NCBI GenBank assembly: GCA_964658305.1
Contig: OZ210885.1
Location: 22,568,001-22,632,000, forward strand
Length of the DNA stretch: 64,000 nt
Source of the DNA: Leptogorgia sarmentosa
Lineage: Eukaryota
Reading direction: 5' to 3'
The position numbers and the translations under genes were made by a program. The notes under the pieces were generated by a model, which was not told the DNA's origin, ran no database searches, and was given only the letters and a program-made list of their open reading frames with translations. Each line of letters starts with the position of its first letter. Positions within the stretch are counted from its first letter, which is position 1. Shown in pieces: positions 9,265 through 21,700 of this stretch.

Positions 9265-11878
9265 CAGTGTTTCCACATGCAAATTTTTAAAATCCTTTAT
9301 CACGACTTCAAAACTCCATGTTAACAGCAAAAAATCCTTGCAAACGCCCATAAAAAGAATGATTTTACAAACACATTTTAAACTATTTTAATATGTTTTT
9401 CACCATAAAAACTTGTTAACCAATGTACCAAACCCAAATTTGTAATTTATACAATTACAGTACGATATACATGATATGTAAAACAGTAAAAGGCTAAAAG
9501 CGTAGCAGTTGTCACAAGTCACAACACTAACTACACTAAAAGGTTGTTCTCAACTAAACAGTTTGTCTAGGAATTGCTTTCGCAACTGTTTAGCTTCTGC
9601 ATCGGTAGCACTGGACTTCATTTTGGATGAAAGCTCCACTGCATCCTTCGTTGGCTTAAGAGTAGCTGTGTTGTACTTGCCATTCTTCATTGACAACTTG
9701 CACTGTAACAGGGAAACCAATGAGGAAGACTTCAAACGTGTTCGATCATCAGTCTTGATTCGCTTCAATAAACTAAATACCCTCTCCACAGCTGCATTCG
9801 AGAATGGAAACAAGGCTACCACTTCAACGAATCTTGACAGATTTGGGTATTTTGGCTCTCCTGTTGACAATTTGGCATTTCTGACATTCATCCAATAGTC
9901 CTCCCAGCTGAGATCAGGTCCAAGATTTTCTTCAAAGACATGTTGTCTCCATTCACCATCAAGCTTCTTTGTATTTAATATAGTATTTAGATACGGCAAC
10001 TTCTTCACAACACTTGCTAGGGAAGCGGGGACTCGGGCTGCAGCCTTTTGGGGCAATGTGCACTGGACAACATCATGAATCTCAGCATCTAAATCAAATC
10101 TTCGTTGGATCTGCTCAATACTTTCAATGAGAAAGTTCCTACAATTGATCATAAAATTATGTAGGTCAGTGTCCTCTTCGCTTGTCCCTGCCTTTATTTC
10201 ATCAAGAGTTGCAGTGGCTGCCACACCAACATAAACTTCATTCAGTGGAACATGGAAAGTGACATTTTTAGGATCAATGTCCTTTGGATTGGTGACTTTA
10301 ACGTGACGAATATCCATGAAATCACTCGAAATAGATCTGATGAGCTCTTCTACTTCATTCTTAAGGCTTTGTAACAGAGGCCTTTCGCTTTGAAACAGAC
10401 GGTTGAAATCATTCAAACGTTCGAGTTGAAAACTGAGGAATTCCAGGTATGCCAAAGTGAATTTGTTATTGAGCAACTTTACAATGCGGTCCGCAGCGTG
10501 AGATGGATCTTCATTGGCAACAAGAAGAAAATAGTGTTGCAACGCAATATATTGTTCCAATATACGGTTCACACATGCTTCTAACGACAGCCATCGTGTT
10601 TGCCCTGGTGAGAGCAACTTGTTGGGCTCAACGCTGAAAAATTGCTGGAACTGTTCGTAAGCATCCTGCCTTTTTGAAGAACGGCTAAAATGTGAAAATA
10701 TATCTCGACACAAGTCCTCCAAACCTTTTGGTAATGTAAGGGCTGCTTGAGACGATGCTAAATGAATTAAATGGGAGGAACACTTCACTGTGATGACATC
10801 TGGAAAATCTGCTTTTAAAAGCTGAGCGACTGAATTGAACTGCCCGAACATGACATTCGTTGTATCTGAAGAATAACCGATGATGTTATTCATCGGAACA
10901 TGCAAATCAGCAAATGACTGCTTAACTGCTGTATAAATGCCTGTTGCTGTCCCATCTTCAACTTCAATCATGTCTAGCAAAAACTGCTTGGATTCGAAAC
11001 TTTCCAAGTCAAAATATGTCGCCAGGATAGCAAGCTGCTTGGCTGTACTCTTGTCAGTTGTTTCATCGATGATAAAGCTGAATTTTCTGGAGCGCAGGGT
11101 CGATACTGCCTCCTTTAAATAATCGAAGCCAAGAACTTGTCGCAGCACGTTGGTGGCTTTCTGTTTCCCAAGGGAAACGTTTTTCAGAATGTTATCCAGT
11201 GGGAAAAGTGATTTAAGAAATTCTAGCATATCATCTGACAAAGATATGGGTAAATTATGTTCCGCAATGAATGCACATAATTTAATCTCCATGGAACTAG
11301 ATTGTTCTTTTGTTGCAGCTTTTGTAAAAAGACTAGTGATGGTAGAGGTGTTTTCGGTTGTTGCACTTCGTTTCTGGTGCAAATATGTGGCTAGATGTCG
11401 CTTTAAACCAGTCTTTGAGCATGTCAAAAACTTGTCACACACCTTACAATATGGTTGGCAAGTATTACCTCTGCCAATTCTCTTGCACAACCACCCTTCG
11501 AATTGCTTGTCACTCAACCAACTGTCCACAAATGCTTGGACATGCTTGGGACGTTTACGTTTAATTCTGGAATTCGAGGAGGTGGCACTACTGCCATGTC
11601 CCTCCTCTTCAAGTTGTTCTTCCACAGAACTTACAGAAGAATCTGAATCATCAATCATCACATCCATATTCATGAAGCGGTAGATTTAAATTTAGTGGTA
11701 GAGAAACAAATAGCGAAACTGGACTTTATATACATCAGGAGTATTAAATGAAGTCGTGGCATATATGACATATCCCCAATATGCCCTCAATGTCCTCCAT
11801 GATCGTTTATTGTACATTGATGACTTTTTACATTAAAATTCCTTTTGCAAGGAAAAATCCTTGCAAATGGAAACACTG
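9265..11878 (-). mobile_element. Full-length hAT transposon
   Basis: TIR CAGTGTTTCCA / TGGAAACACTG; perfect 8-bp TSD ACTGGAAT (9257-9264, 11879-11886). Confidence 0.97.
9550..11673 (-). CDS. hAT transposase (ZNF862-like), 707 aa, uninterrupted
   Basis: N-terminal zinc finger (CKVC...H...H), IIDETTD, SDTTNVM, CSSHLIHL, TRWLS, SNAAVERVFS dimerisation region. Confidence 0.95.
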   Translation of the reverse strand: MNMDVMIDDSDSSVSSVEEQLEEEGHGSSATSSNSRIKRKRPKHVQAFVDSWLSDKQFEGWLCKRIGRGNTCQPYCKVCDKFLTCSKTGLKRHLATYLHQKRSATTENTSTITSLFTKAATKEQSSSMEIKLCAFIAEHNLPISLSDDMLEFLKSLFPLDNILKNVSLGKQKATNVLRQVLGFDYLKEAVSTLRSRKFSFIIDETTDKSTAKQLAILATYFDLESFESKQFLLDMIEVEDGTATGIYTAVKQSFADLHVPMNNIIGYSSDTTNVMFGQFNSVAQLLKADFPDVITVKCSSHLIHLASSQAALTLPKGLEDLCRDIFSHFSRSSKRQDAYEQFQQFFSVEPNKLLSPGQTRWLSLEACVNRILEQYIALQHYFLLVANEDPSHAADRIVKLLNNKFTLAYLEFLSFQLERLNDFNRLFQSERPLLQSLKNEVEELIRSISSDFMDIRHVKVTNPKDIDPKNVTFHVPLNEVYVGVAATATLDEIKAGTSEEDTDLHNFMINCRNFLIESIEQIQRRFDLDAEIHDVVQCTLPQKAAARVPASLASVVKKLPYLNTILNTKKLDGEWRQHVFEENLGPDLSWEDYWMNVRNAKLSTGEPKYPNLSRFVEVVALFPFSNAAVERVFSLLKRIKTDDRTRLKSSSLVSLLQCKLSMKNGKYNTATLKPTKDAVELSSKMKSSATDAEAKQLRKQFLDKLFS

Positions 11879-12689
11879 ACTGGAATTTCCTTCAAAAATT
11901 CCTTCAAATTTCCTTCTCAAAATCAGTGTTCAACAAAGAAAATGTATGATTTACCAGTATGGAATGTAATAACAAAACCCCTTAAAAATTGATAAAATAT
12001 GTTGGTGCATAAATATAAAAATAGATGATATCGGTGCACAGGAAGCACAGTAAGTCAGTAAGAGAAATGAATATTTGGTGTTCATTGTTCAACTTCACTA
12101 ATTCATTTTTGGGTTTTGGTTTATTATAACATGAAGTACTCTGACTGCAACAGCTGTGCATATGTAAGCACTAAGCGGGCTCAATAATTATGCAAATATG
12201 GTGCAAATTGGCGTAAATCATAGATATAGGAAGCCTAGATTGCTGTAGAATAATTATATGCTGACGCATGTGGCAAACATGAGCAATCCAAGATGGCTGC
12301 TCAACCGGTCCAGGTATATTTCGTATCCATTTTCTGGTATACTCGACCTTGTTTGCAACCGGGCGATTTAAAAGCGATTCAGGAAACTGAAATATGTAGT
12401 TTTTCTTTGTTACAACTACTGTAGAAATATCTTCGTCATTTTAGACGTTTTTTCATGGTGTCTGCGCTCAATATACCGAAAGAGTACTGACAGTTTCTTA
12501 GTTTTTTTTTCATTTTAAAGCGAGCGGCCATTTTGTATTTTTGTGACTTTGTGGTTATATTTTGTCTTGATTGGTCATGTGCTTCAATGTGTTTTAAAAC
12601 TATTAAATAAAACATGCTTGTGTATCAGCCCATAATGCTTGCGATCAATATACAGCATTAATACGCCGAGGATTTGCATTTTCGCATAA

Positions 12690-12836
12690 TTGTCTCATTT
12701 ATGCAAGCATAAGCATAACATAAGCAAGTGAAGACCTTGCGTTCTTTCTTGTGCTTATGTTATGCTTATGTTGGTTTATTTCTTTGTATGCTTATGCTTG
12801 CGCTAATGCTTATATGTTCAGTGAGAAGCAACCTTT
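12690..12836. repeat. Degenerate MITE-like palindrome of GCATAA/TTATGC units (Harbinger-like)
   Basis: gcataagcataacataagc mirrored by gcttatgttatgcttatg; ends agtgagaagcaacct. Confidence 0.5.
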
Positions 12837-12915
12837 AACCTCGCTGTCTCGTTTTGCCCCGAATTATGCTAAGTCAAGTGTTTTTGGAACTCGATCTAAT
12901 TGTGTTTGGCTTTCT

Positions 12916-13241
12916 AATACCGAAAAGTGGTATACTCGACCGGCTGCAATAAACTCGACCGGCTGCAATAAACTCGACCTTCAGGTGTCAAAATGCTGTA
13001 CATGCACGTTAGTAATTTTAATATACTGCCAGTTATTGTCAAACCTTTCAAAAAAAAAATCTCTACCCAACAGCTTATAAAATTTAACAACAAATATATA
13101 ATTTAATAGTTAGAAGGTCGACAATACCGAAAAGTGGTACACTCAACCGGCTTCAATAAACTCGACTTCAGGTGTCAAAATGCTGTACATGCACGTTAGT
13201 AATTTTAATATACTGCCAGTTATTGTCCTACCTTGTCAAAA
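12916..13241. repeat. Inner repeats of element B (two direct copies; inverted counterpart at 16613-16866)
   Basis: aataccgaaaagtggta(t/c)actc(g/a)accggct...caggtgtcaaaatgctgtacatgcacgttagtaattt at 12916 and ~13123. Confidence 0.9.
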
Positions 13242-13244
13242 AAG

Positions 13245-16200
13245 TTATTGACTGTTCATTTGTTGTTCATTTGGCAGCAATTATAGCAGAAGCTAAGAAT
13301 AATGCACATAATTATGAATTTTCTTCCATGGTGTGTATGTTTGCATTGGCATCAGTTACTACCTGTACCATAGAGTCTTATTACCCTGTAGTAAATGATC
13401 AGACACCACCAGAAAAGGTGGATTCCCTTTCCAAAATGTTTAATTGCACCATCCATCCACGAGAATGTTTGAACTTTGATATACCTGAAAATAATGTGCA
13501 CATATTTCGTTGTGCTACCATGCCACTAGACTTTTTGGAAAAAAGAAAAATCCCTTCAAGGAAGAATCATTTCGTTGCCCTTTGCGAACCACAGGAAAAA
13601 TTTAACATTACCGGTCAACACTTCATTCCCAAACGTTCTCTACCTGCTTCTCATTCATCAACCCCTACCCCACCATCATCGTTGAACGCTACTCCACCTC
13701 CACCAATTCCTTCACGGAAACCTGCTCAACCCATTCCTTCTTCATCAAAAGCTGCCTCACCTCCACCTGTTCCTCCTTCATCAAAAAACGCCCAACTCCC
13801 ACCTGCTAATGTTCATTGTTCGTCAAAAGCTGCCCGATTTGATGTTCAGCATTCTGCCTCCACCAATCAACTGCCAATAGTTGTTGGTACGAAACGAAAG
13901 CAAACCCGTTTAGATCGGACAACGTTGCTATCCAAGAAAAAACGTAATGAATCTGCGATGCGTGATCAATCCCCTCCAAACACATTACCGACAGCCCCCG
14001 ATGGTGATTATAAAGAAAAGGAAAGCCATATCACAAACAACAACAAGGACGATTGTGACAAAGGCAATGAAGAAGCTAAGGGTACTCTATCTCATCCAAG
14101 AGATATTTATAACTTTATAAACCGTGCTGGTCAGCTTTCTGACGCAGATAAATTTGATCTTATGTGCAACGTTTGGAAACCTGGAAAGGATTATAATTTC
14201 CCATATGTTATACAAAATAAAAGGAAAAGACGATTTCAACAACAGTGGTTGTCGAATTTCCCTTGGTTGACATATTCAGCGGCTGTCAATGGTGGCTTTT
14301 GTATTAACTGTGTTCTTTTCTCTGGTGAAACCACGCATAATTCGTGTGAACTCCAACGACTAAAAACCTCTCCTCTCCTGCCTAATGCATCTATTGTTCA
14401 AAGACTTAATGATTATGCTGTTTCATCAAAGGTTCATGAGACGGCAACTGTTCGAGTAACCGAGTTCAAGCGCGTGATGGAACAGAAGAAAGTTGGGATT
14501 GATTTGCAAGTAAATACCAGTAAAAGAGAGCTAATTGAGAAAAACAGATCCCGGCTTCGACCAATCATTGATGCTATTATAACTTGTGGTCGACAAAACA
14601 TCGCCCTCCGCGGTCATCGAGATGACGCCCAGCACTACATCGATAAAGACAATACTAACCCCGGAAATTTCATTGAGATTCTCAAATACGGGGCTAGATG
14701 TGGAAATGTAATTGATTTACTTTTCAAGGACTGTCCCTCCAATCAAACATATAGGTCTAAGATGATACAAAATGAAATCATTGAAATTTGTGGTGAGTTG
14801 ATTACAGAGAATCTTGTCAAGGAAATAAAGAAAGCCAAGTATTTTTCTGTGTTGCCTGATGAGGCCACTGACAGCTCCAATGTGGAACAACTAGCCATAG
14901 TGTTGCGTTTTGTGGATGACACACTTAAGATACGGGAAGAATTTCTTGGTTTTGTTTCGTGCAGAGATGGATTGTCTGGGGAAGTATTGGCCGAAGAGAT
15001 TTCCGCGGCCGATTTCTTCGCAGCATCGATTTACGTTTGGATGAATGTCGTGGGCAAGGATACGACGGGGTGGGGAATATGGCTGGTAAATTATCTGGAG
15101 TAGCTGCCCGTATTCAAAAGGAACACGAGAAAGCCATCTATGTACACTGCGGCTCTCATGTTTTGAATCTTTGCATCGCAGCTTCTTGCAAACTCCAGTG
15201 TGTCTGTAACATGATGGATAACGTTCGATGTATATCCGATTTTATTAACAACTCTCCAAAACGAGTGATCGTGTTAGAAAGAAAGATAAAGGAACTTGTC
15301 CCAACAGCTGGTCAGCAGAAGCTTCTAAACGTTTGCCGTACGAGGTGGGTTGCACGAATAAATGGTTTGACCATTTTCCAAGAATGCTATATCGCCATTA
15401 TATCAGCGCTGCAGGAGATTTCATTGGACAAGTCCTATGAGCAAGATGTATGTTACCGAGCTGCAGGAATGAAGACCGCAATCGAGAATTTTGGATTCGT
15501 CGTGTCTCTTGTTGTGGTGACATCCTGTCTGCAATGTACCAAGCCTTTGACGCTCCAACTCCAATCCACATCCCTCGATGCAGGCAAAGCTCGAGAAAAA
15601 GTGTCACTGTTGTATCTCATGTTGAATGAGTTACAATCCGAGATTGACAACACCCATGCTAATTTTCACGAAAAGGCTGTTGATTTAGCTAATCAAGCTC
15701 AGGTTTTACCAAGCAAGCCTAGAACAACAGGCCGGCAAATGCATCGTGATAACGTTCCAGCCACTTCCACCTCGGACTATTATAAGAAATCTGTCACAAT
15801 GCCTTTTCTAAGTGCGATCGTTGATCAGATACGGTCTCGGTTCTCGGAAGGGAACCTTGACGCTTTGGATTTGATGTATGTGATGCCGTCTACTGTGGTT
15901 TCCAATTCGGATTGGAAAGAAAAATTCTCTCGCTTCCTCAAGAAATATGAGGACGATCTGCCCGACGTAAGTTTTCTTGAGAGTGAATTAAGGATGTGGC
16001 AACTCATGTGCTATAACCAAGAAGCAGCGACATCTTCGTCATTCAACGAAGTGATTCCACTTGCCGATAAGTTTTCTTTTCTGAACATCTTAACCGCACT
16101 GCGAATTTTTGGAACTATCCCTGTAACTACATGCTCGTGTGAAAGATCAATTTCAACTCTTCGCCGATTAAAAACATTTTTGCGAAGTAGTATGGGAGAA

Positions 16201-16290
16201 AAGCGATTGAAGTCACTCGCCCTTCTGAATGTACACCGTAATATGGAGAGATTCACAGCTCAGTGTGTTAGCTTTCTCAAAACAATGTAA
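13245..16290 (+). pseudogene. hAT transposase (THAP12/PRKRIR-like) with an upstream vertnin/OTU-like segment; frameshift at ~15005, 5'-truncated
   Basis: TTF-type zinc finger (RRFQQQWL...FCINCVLF), ALRGHRDD/NPGNF, DEATDSS, GQGYDG, HCGSHVLNL, TRWVAR, PVTTCSCERSIS; right TIR gctggatccgcccctg ends at 16537; no left TIR found. Confidence 0.9.
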
Positions 16291-16612
16291 AACGAAAAAT
16301 TTAGTTCGCAATTTCATGACTTTCGTGATTCTTGAATGGAATCTCAATATTTCTTTCTCTCACTTATTTGCAGGTCAATACAAAGGGAATATGATTTTTG
16401 ACAGAAAGGGGAGCGGTTGACCGGGGGGGGGTGGTCTGATAACAATGAAATCCGGGATCAACGGTGAGGCGAGAGTGGGCCACGTCCCCTGACTACTTTG
16501 TTGGCAACAGTCAGATTTTTAGCTGGATCCGCCCCTGTATGTATTGAGTTGTATATTTGTTGGGGTGAATTTTATAATGTGCATGCACAGATTCATTTTG
16601 ACAACTGCATGA

Positions 16613-16866
16613 AGGTCGAGTTTATTGCAGCCGGTCGAGTATACCACTTTTCGGTATTGTCGACCTTCTAATTATTGAATTGTATATTTGTTGGTAAATT
16701 TTATAAGCTGTTGAGTAGAGATTTTTTTTTTGAAAGGTTTGACAATAACTGGCAGCAAATTACTAACGTGCATGTACAACATTTTGACACCTGAAGATCG
16801 AGTTTATTGCAGCCGATCGAGTTTATTGCAGCCGGTCGAGTATACCACTTTTCGGTATTGTCGACC
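16613..16866. repeat. Inverted copy of 12916-13170
   Basis: ggtcgagtttattgcagccggtcgagtataccacttttcggtatt occurs twice and is the reverse complement of the left repeats. Confidence 0.9.
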
Positions 16867-17065
16867 TTGTAATTTGCAATGCTGTATATGTTAAAAAGGT
16901 GTGACAATAAATCGGATACAGTAAAGTAATAGCTTGTAAGGCAATAACATTTTGACAATTAAACTCCCTGTTACCGTCCACAGAGATAGTGTCAGTGAGA
17001 ATGAATAAAAAAATCAACTGAATTTATATAATAACTTATGCCCCAATAATTTGATTTTGACAAAT

Positions 17066-17301
17066 CCCCTCCCCCCTCCCGTCCCCTCCCGTCATCTCCC
17101 GTCCCGTCCCCTCCCGTCATCTCACGTCCCCTCCGGTCCCATCCTGTCCTCTACCATCCCCTCCCATCCCGTCCCCTCCTGCCCCCCCCCCCGTCCCCTC
17201 CCGTCTCATCCCATCCCCGTCCCTTCCCCTGCGTCCCGTCCCCTCTCGTCCCATCCCATCCGTCCCATCCTGTCTCCTCCCGTCCCATCCCCTCCCCTCC
17301 C
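17066..17301. repeat. Pyrimidine-rich degenerate (CCGTC/CCCTC/CCATC)n pentamer array
   Basis: Directly visible. Confidence 0.9.
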
Positions 17302-17744
17302 AGTTCTATCATGTGCTAAATTATTGTGCTCAATAACAAGAGGGACGTCTACCCGCGAGCAGGCAGGGGCAGGCGCGTTGACCTGATTTCTTCTATTGGT
17401 TCACATGTTCTTATATGAAGTATCTGATATTGCCCGGTTGCTAACAAGGTCGAGTATACCAGAAACGAAACTAACCTCACCGGTCAAATTAATAGGAGCT
17501 TGTATAGGAAAAACCATGTTTTTCGCATTTTCGACCGCATAACATTTCCGATCATGTTCTAGCACCATTTTTTGGAAATAACTACCCGTGCTGAAGGTTT
17601 TGGATGAAAATTGTGCAATTTGAATGGAATTAAGGCCGTTTTCCACTTAACGTGCGAAAATATGCGAAACGTTTTCGTTGTACCATTTCCACAACATGTA
17701 AACGGAGTGAACGGAGCGTATTGTATGAGCGCGAATATTCAAAT

Positions 17745-19046
17745 ATGGCGGCTGTAACAAGGAGAACTTTGCTGCTTATGCTGCTGAAAAGGCGATGGAA
17801 AAAGAAAACGATGTACAGAAAGCGAATGTGGGAACGAAAAATCTTTAAGGAACGCAAAACTAAAGGCGAATTTTACCTTTTAGTACAAGATTTAAGGTTG
17901 TACGATGAAGAATATTTCTTTTGATACTTTCATATGAGTGTCATCCAGTATGAAGAACTTCTCGCTATGGTAGCTCCAATTATTCAAAAATCGTCACAAA
18001 AACGAGAGTGCATCAGACCAAACGAGCGCCTCTGTGTTACCATGCGATATTTAGCAACCGGAGATGCTCAAACTACTATTGCGATGAATTACAGGATAAG
18101 CCCTTCTTCTGTTGGAAGAATTATTTACGAAACATGCCAAGCATTATGGCAAGTCCTATCACCCAAATATCTGCAGTGTCCAAAGAATGAAACTGACTGG
18201 AAAAGAATAGCTAATGAGTTTAATTTGATATGGAACTTTCCTCATTGCAGTGGGGCGTTGGACGGTAAGCATGTCATTATGCAAGCACCCGAATTGTCTG
18301 GTTCTTCCTTTTTTAATTATAAAAAAACCCACTTGGTAGTTTTGATGGCAGTTTGCGATGCACATTACAATTTTACTATGGTGGATATAGGCGACTCAGG
18401 TCGCAATAGTGATGGAGGTGTCTTTGCAAGCAGTCGAATGGGGGATGCTTTGGCCAAAAAGAAACTGCATATTCCCAATGCAGAAGCGTTGCCTGGGACA
18501 ACTATCAGATACCCATATGTTTTAGTGGGTGATGAAGCATTTCAGCTACAGGAAAACCTCATGAAACCATATCCCAGGGAAGTTCTTGGAATTCGGGAAA
18601 GAGTTTTCAACTATCGACTGTCAAGGGCAAGACGTATAATTGAAAACACTTTCGGAATTGCTGCAGCAAGATTCCAAGTGTTTCGTCGCCCAATACATGC
18701 AAGAGTTGAAATGGTTGTGAATATTACCAAAGCAGTAGTAGTTCTGCATAACTACCTGATGAACGGGAAAACATTCGAAAGCACATCTAAGTATTGTCCT
18801 GCTGGGTTCACTGATACTGAAGGACCAGGTGGCACACAGTTGGAGGGGGAATGGCGGAGTGTTGTTCAAAGAGATCAAGGACTTAAACCCCTCACAAGAG
18901 CTGGCTCAAACAACTATTCACGAAGTGCCAAGCTCGTTCGTGAAGATTTTAGCAATTACTTCTTATCAAGTGTTGGTCAAGTGCCATGGCAGTGGGCTGC
19001 CACACATTCCACTGAGGATGCTTTCAATATTAATAAGCAGAAATAA
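17745..19046 (+). pseudogene. Harbinger DDE transposase (HARBI1/ALP1-like) with a single in-frame stop at 17922-17924
   Basis: MAAVTRR...YFF*YFHMS...RYLATGD...GALDGKHV...SDGGVF...GDEAF...RRIIENTFG. Confidence 0.93.
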
Positions 19047-19322
19047 GAAACAAAATACATCACACTCGCAGTTATTTATCAATGTTAAGGTCTCAAGTTG
19101 TTGATTGGGAACTTTGTTAAAATACAATTTATTAATATATAGTTCAACCTTAATTATTACTTTTCAAACATTTTAAATAAATCATGTGAATGAACAAAAT
19201 TTAAATAAGCTTGTCAATCGTTTAACACTAACCTTTCAGAACATCTGACAACTAAAATATTTTACAACAATGAGTAGTACTGCTAACTCAACAATTCTTA
19301 ACAAATGTACATAACACTTGAC

Positions 19323-19861
19323 TCATTCATCATCACTTTCAAATTCAAGTATAGCCTGCATCACCTTCATTTTTGCTTTCTTGTTCATTTTTCCTTTCAG
19401 TTTTTGAAAGGTTTTAACTAAACTTGAGCAAAAAAGAACATCTTCATCCTCAGTGTGTTCTGTGGTGTTTGATGTTTGTTTCTTATCATTGTTCAAGTCA
19501 TTTGAGAGGCTTATTGCAAGTAGTTCATCAATTTGATCAGACCTGTGTTTCCGGGCATTTCGAATGGACTTTGCATCACAACTTGAGGAATTGGATTGTG
19601 CACTACTGGTGTCAGTCACAGTGTTGAGTTGGAGGTGTTGTCAAGGATACAGAAGAGGTGGGAGTTGTAATTTCTGTAGGAATATTCGATTCAGTTTTCC
19701 TGCCAGTCACAATATCTCGTAAAAAGGATAACTCCACAAAATATTTGCAGGTGGGTAATTTAGTTCCTGCACAACCAGAGCGTGTCATTTTCTCCCTTTT
19801 CCGAATGCACCGCCGGTAATTATCCTTTAATCGATCAAATTCTTTTGTGATAACAGTCTCT
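19323..19861 (-). pseudogene. Harbinger partner protein: MADF C-terminal half plus BESS-like tail, degraded
   Basis: Manual translation KEFDRLKDNYRRCIRKREKMTRSG...KYFVELSFLRD; ORF 19323..19619 EDVLFCSSLV...KAKMKVMQAI; frame break at ~19625. Confidence 0.75.
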
Positions 19862-21700
19862 GCAGTAGAGAGAATATAAAATGTTAGTAAAAGTACTTGA
19901 AAGAAATGTGGGAGACAATAGGATTAAACATAGGTATTCTCACTGGGGTTCCATTCCCATAATTGGTGTTGAATGCACTTGGGTTAAGGGTTACTGTAAG
20001 CATTTATTACTTAAATTTATTACTTGAATGCACTTGGGTCAAAGGTTACTGTAAGCAAGTATTTGTTTATCATCAAGCAAGTTGTCGGGTTACAAAGTGG
20101 AAATACAAGAGGGCATTGCATGACTTCATCATTGTTAATGTGTTATTATTTTGTTGTTGTTTTTGTTGCTCGTGTTGTTGTACCTGTGCCAGGTGTTTTT
20201 GCCAAATAAACAGTCGCGGAACATTCCCCGCTGGCTGTAAACTCTCTGCCATCTTGTTTATTTCCTCGCATGCATGTCAAAAATATATTGATTTTGATTG
20301 GTTAATACTATCGTAGTACGTCCAAAAGTTGACTTCCAAAGAACTCAAAGTTTTGGTATGCGAACTCACCGGAAGTACGGGAATTTCAACAAAATTTCTA
20401 ATCTACGCATGCTCACTTGTACGGTACGCTCGAAGTGGAAAACAGCCTTTAACCCACTGAGCTATACTTAATATATCTGGAGATCAGGCACTCCACTGAA
20501 AGGTGTCGCCAAAAACATGGCGGATTTTACGTCACACGTCCCCTATTCTCATGATGGTAATTACTGACCACAGTTGAAGTGTGTGCAGGCGCTGTTTCCA
20601 ACCCCCCCTGGATTTTACTGTTTGTTACTATATAAATATATATACTGCTGTGTTGTTTTGATATTTTTTCAAAGAATTGAGATAAACATAAACTCTTACA
20701 TCTCAAAAATATATTGTTGTATTTGTTGATGTATGCGCCTATAAATACCAAACACGATTGATTAAAGAGGACAGGAATGGAGCTTACTGCTTGCCTGACG
20801 GCCACCACTGAGCTATAAGAAGACGTTGTTTCAAGACGAAGTTGTTGTTTCATTGTAATAACCACTGATATCACCACTAAGTTTTGTATCTGTATGTATT
20901 GCAATTTCAGGTATATCCTATCCATGAAATTATTGAAAAATAAGTGCAGCATGTCAATATGAAGAAGTGTATATATTTATAATGGTCTTGCTTGAAAAAG
21001 GTAATGCCACTATTTGATTGAACATTCAAGGAACAATTGCCTTTTAGATGCTTGATCTAGAATGTTTGATATCTGCATTTTATGCAATTCATATCTCATT
21101 TTTATTTGCATTGAAGAATATCATTTTATCAAAAAATTTCCAAGATAATGATATAATATTTCAGGATATACAATAATATATTCACATTCAAATCACAACA
21201 AAATTATTTTTTTATTTTAAAACACATACAACACAAGTGAGTAAACAAGTTGCTCAACCAATTCTATGGATGTCAATCCCCATTTGCTCAGCACCTAATT
21301 TTGCTGGCATATTGACTTTGATTAGCCAGCACAACTAAGAAATAAATACTTATGGAATCGTGTTCACTTTCTAATTTAATTTGATGCTTTCAACTTCAAA
21401 ATCAATGTGAAATGGTCCAGTTATGTGGCAAATGTGATTGCACTCATCAATTTGCATTCAAGAGAATTATATATGCATAGAATTGATTGAGACAAAATAA
21501 ATATATTAATACATTAGTAATCAGATTAAATTTTAACTTACTTATTTATTATTTCCTTATTTATTATTTCAGCTACTGAACATTGGAGAACAAATTATTA
21601 AAAACTATGTACAACAACTATTAACAAATGAATTAATTATATTAATTAGTTATTTAAAACAATATGATTGAAGAAATCATTATTAAAACTTAGTTATTAT

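Larger units (their letters stand above)
12311..17478. mobile_element. Fold-back element B inserted in the left arm of element A
   Basis: Inverted ends tttctggtatactcgaccttgtttgcaaccgggc / gcccggttgctaacaaggtcgagtataccagaaa; 7-bp TSD ACCGGTC (12304-12310, 17479-17485). Confidence 0.8.
17633..20448. mobile_element. PIF/Harbinger transposon 1
   Basis: TIR AGGC(C/T)GTTTTCCACTT; TTA TSD (17630-17632, 20449-20451); convergent transposase and MADF genes. Confidence 0.95.

Noticed and set aside
17051..17386. 111-aa Pro/Ser-rich ORF
   Set aside because: Translation of a low-complexity pentamer repeat.
20527..20952. 141-aa ORF in element C
   Set aside because: No recognisable motif; AT-rich composition suggests a chance ORF.
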